This document shows positions 15,036 to 16,375 of a DNA stretch of 16,375 nucleotides, piece after piece. The notes below the pieces were generated by a model, which worked only from the letters and a program-made list of their open reading frames with translations, ran no database searches and was not told where the DNA came from. Each line of letters starts with the position of its first letter. The first letter of the stretch is position 1. Position numbers and translations under genes: made by a program. Source of the DNA: Candidatus Bathyarchaeia archaeon (GTDB lineage: Archaea > Thermoproteota > Bathyarchaeia > Bathyarchaeales > Bathycorpusculaceae); the NCBI GenBank assembly GCA_050012755.1, contig JBEKGO010000042.1, forward strand, positions 1 to 16,375, written 5' to 3'.

Positions 15036-15052
15036 GGAAACGATTTTATACT
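15036..15052 (+). promoter_or_regulatory. BRE-TATA promoter of the C-methyltransferase gene
   Basis: GGAAACGA followed by TTTTATAC, about 36 nt before ATG 15087. Confidence 0.5.
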
Positions 15053-15086
15053 TGTCTGGTGGACTTGAAGTAGCTTGTGAAACATC

Positions 15087-16361
15087 ATGCAAGTCAAAGC
15101 ACGAGAAACCTGCAGAGTTTGTGGATCAAACAAGCTAGTTCCAATTCTGTCTTTGGGTGAACAGTTTGTCACGAACTTTGTTGACGATGCAAAGAAAGAT
15201 TATCCTAAGGGTCCGCTGGAACTAGTTCTCTGCAACGTTAAGAACGGCGGTTGTGGGCTTCTGCAACTAAAACACACGTTAGAACGTGACGTTTTGTACA
15301 CTAAGTACTGGTACCAGTCAGGAATAAGCAAAATGATGGTTAAAGCATTAGCCGATATCGTCTCGTGTGGCGAAAAACTAGTAAAACTCTCCTCCGGAGA
15401 CTTGGTAATAGACATCGGAGCGAACGACGGCACCCTTTTAAGACAATACAAAACGCCTGGGTTGGTTACCGTAGGTTTTGAGCCCTCTGACTTGTTTAAA
15501 CTAGCCACTAAAGGAACATCCAAAATAATAAACGACTATTTCAACAGCAGCGCATTTAAGCGAGAATTCAAAAACAAAAAAGCAAAACTCATAACAAGCA
15601 TTTCCATGTTCTACGACTTGGAAGATCCGAACACCTTCGTCGAGGACATAAAACATTGCCTAGACGAGAATGGAGTATGGATAATACAAATGAACTACCT
15701 CGGCTTAATGCTGGAAAACAACACTTACGACAACATCTGCCATGAACACCTCGAATACTATTCTCTGCTTTCTTTATCGAACCTGCTTCAAAAGCACAAC
15801 ATGGAAGCGTTAGATGTGGAACTGAATAACGTAAACGGCGGCAGCTTCAGAATATACATCACACACAAAGGAAGTAAGCTGAAGGGGTTTCCAGGATGCA
15901 AGGAAAGATTAGAAAAACAAAAGAAATACGAAGAAAAAATGGGGTTTAACGGTAAGAGAGTTTACGATAAGTTTTCACAGCGAATAGAAAAAAGTAAAGC
16001 CGAATTGATGGAGTTCCTCACACAGGAATCAAAAAAGGGAAAAAAGATATTTATCTACGGAGCCTCTACGCGCGGCTTGGTTGTCCTGCAATACGCCGGA
16101 ATAGACAAGAAACTAATCAAAGTCGCAACCGACAAGAATCCCGAAAAATGTGGAAAATACATCGTTGGCACAGGCATCCCGATAATTTCTATCGAGCAGT
16201 ACCGGAAAGAAAGACCTGACTACCTGTTTGTCCTTCCATACCATTTCCTGGAAGAAATAAAACAACAAGAAAAAGCGTTTCTAAAAGCAGGCGGAAAAAT
16301 GATTGTTGCCATACCAAGGTTTGAAATAGTACCAAGCGCAAACACTAACCATATTCCTTGA
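15087..16361 (+). CDS. NDP-hexose C-methyltransferase (TcaB9/TylC3/NovU-like; Zn domain + class I SAM domain + C-terminal domain)
   Basis: CRVCG...SLG.Q....F...PLELVLC..C.LLQL Zn site, YWY.SG, DIGANDGTLL, GFEPS, YDNICHEH..YYS, NGGS.R, YGA..RG, D.NP.K.G....GT.IPI, PDYL.VLP..F..EI, GGK.IV.IP. 424 aa. Confidence 0.9.
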   Translation: MQVKARETCRVCGSNKLVPILSLGEQFVTNFVDDAKKDYPKGPLELVLCNVKNGGCGLLQLKHTLERDVLYTKYWYQSGISKMMVKALADIVSCGEKLVKLSSGDLVIDIGANDGTLLRQYKTPGLVTVGFEPSDLFKLATKGTSKIINDYFNSSAFKREFKNKKAKLITSISMFYDLEDPNTFVEDIKHCLDENGVWIIQMNYLGLMLENNTYDNICHEHLEYYSLLSLSNLLQKHNMEALDVELNNVNGGSFRIYITHKGSKLKGFPGCKERLEKQKKYEEKMGFNGKRVYDKFSQRIEKSKAELMEFLTQESKKGKKIFIYGASTRGLVVLQYAGIDKKLIKVATDKNPEKCGKYIVGTGIPIISIEQYRKERPDYLFVLPYHFLEEIKQQEKAFLKAGGKMIVAIPRFEIVPSANTNHIP

Positions 16362-16375
16362 CAACAGTGCCTTTT

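Noticed and set aside
599-15523. Many short or antisense ORFs (e.g. 599-808, 615-836, 1273-1536, 2225-2677, 2308-2682, 3808-3999, 7747-8187, 9893-10288, 13073-13399, 14642-14941, 15200-15523)
   Set aside because: They overlap well-supported genes on the opposite strand or in another frame, have Ser/Phe-rich shadow composition and show no motifs.
1-16375. tRNA, rRNA, CRISPR array, IS element or provirus
   Set aside because: Intergenic gaps are at most 180 bp. I saw no cloverleaf, no regularly spaced repeats and no transposase or integrase ORF.

Overview
Archaeal chromosomal window. Ribosomal S25e and S17e, an HMf-type histone, a tetraether synthase, frequent TTG starts and BRE/TATA promoters point to a TACK-type archaeon, plausibly Bathyarchaeia (inference). 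The left part (1-6887) is housekeeping: cyclophilin-like protein, hypothetical protein, rps25e, tes/GDGT-MAS radical SAM enzyme, TrmB-family regulator, histone, TatD, rps17e, a HEPN-like protein, a Urm1/SAMP-like ubiquitin-fold protein and a DUF62 SAM hydrolase. The right part (6868-16361) is a surface-glycan locus: DUF354 protein, hexapeptide acyltransferase, a shortened NDP-sugar dehydrogenase, GT2, two inverted paralogous ALG2-like GT4s, sugar nucleotidyltransferase, GMD-like SDR and an NDP-hexose C-methyltransferase. The best candidate for an undescribed system is an archaeal pathway for a C-methyl-branched deoxysugar. Next come the tes-TrmB-histone arrangement and two apparently de-activated enzyme folds beside ribosomal protein genes. 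I saw no tRNA, rRNA, CRISPR array or mobile element. All family calls come from motif recognition, not database searches.
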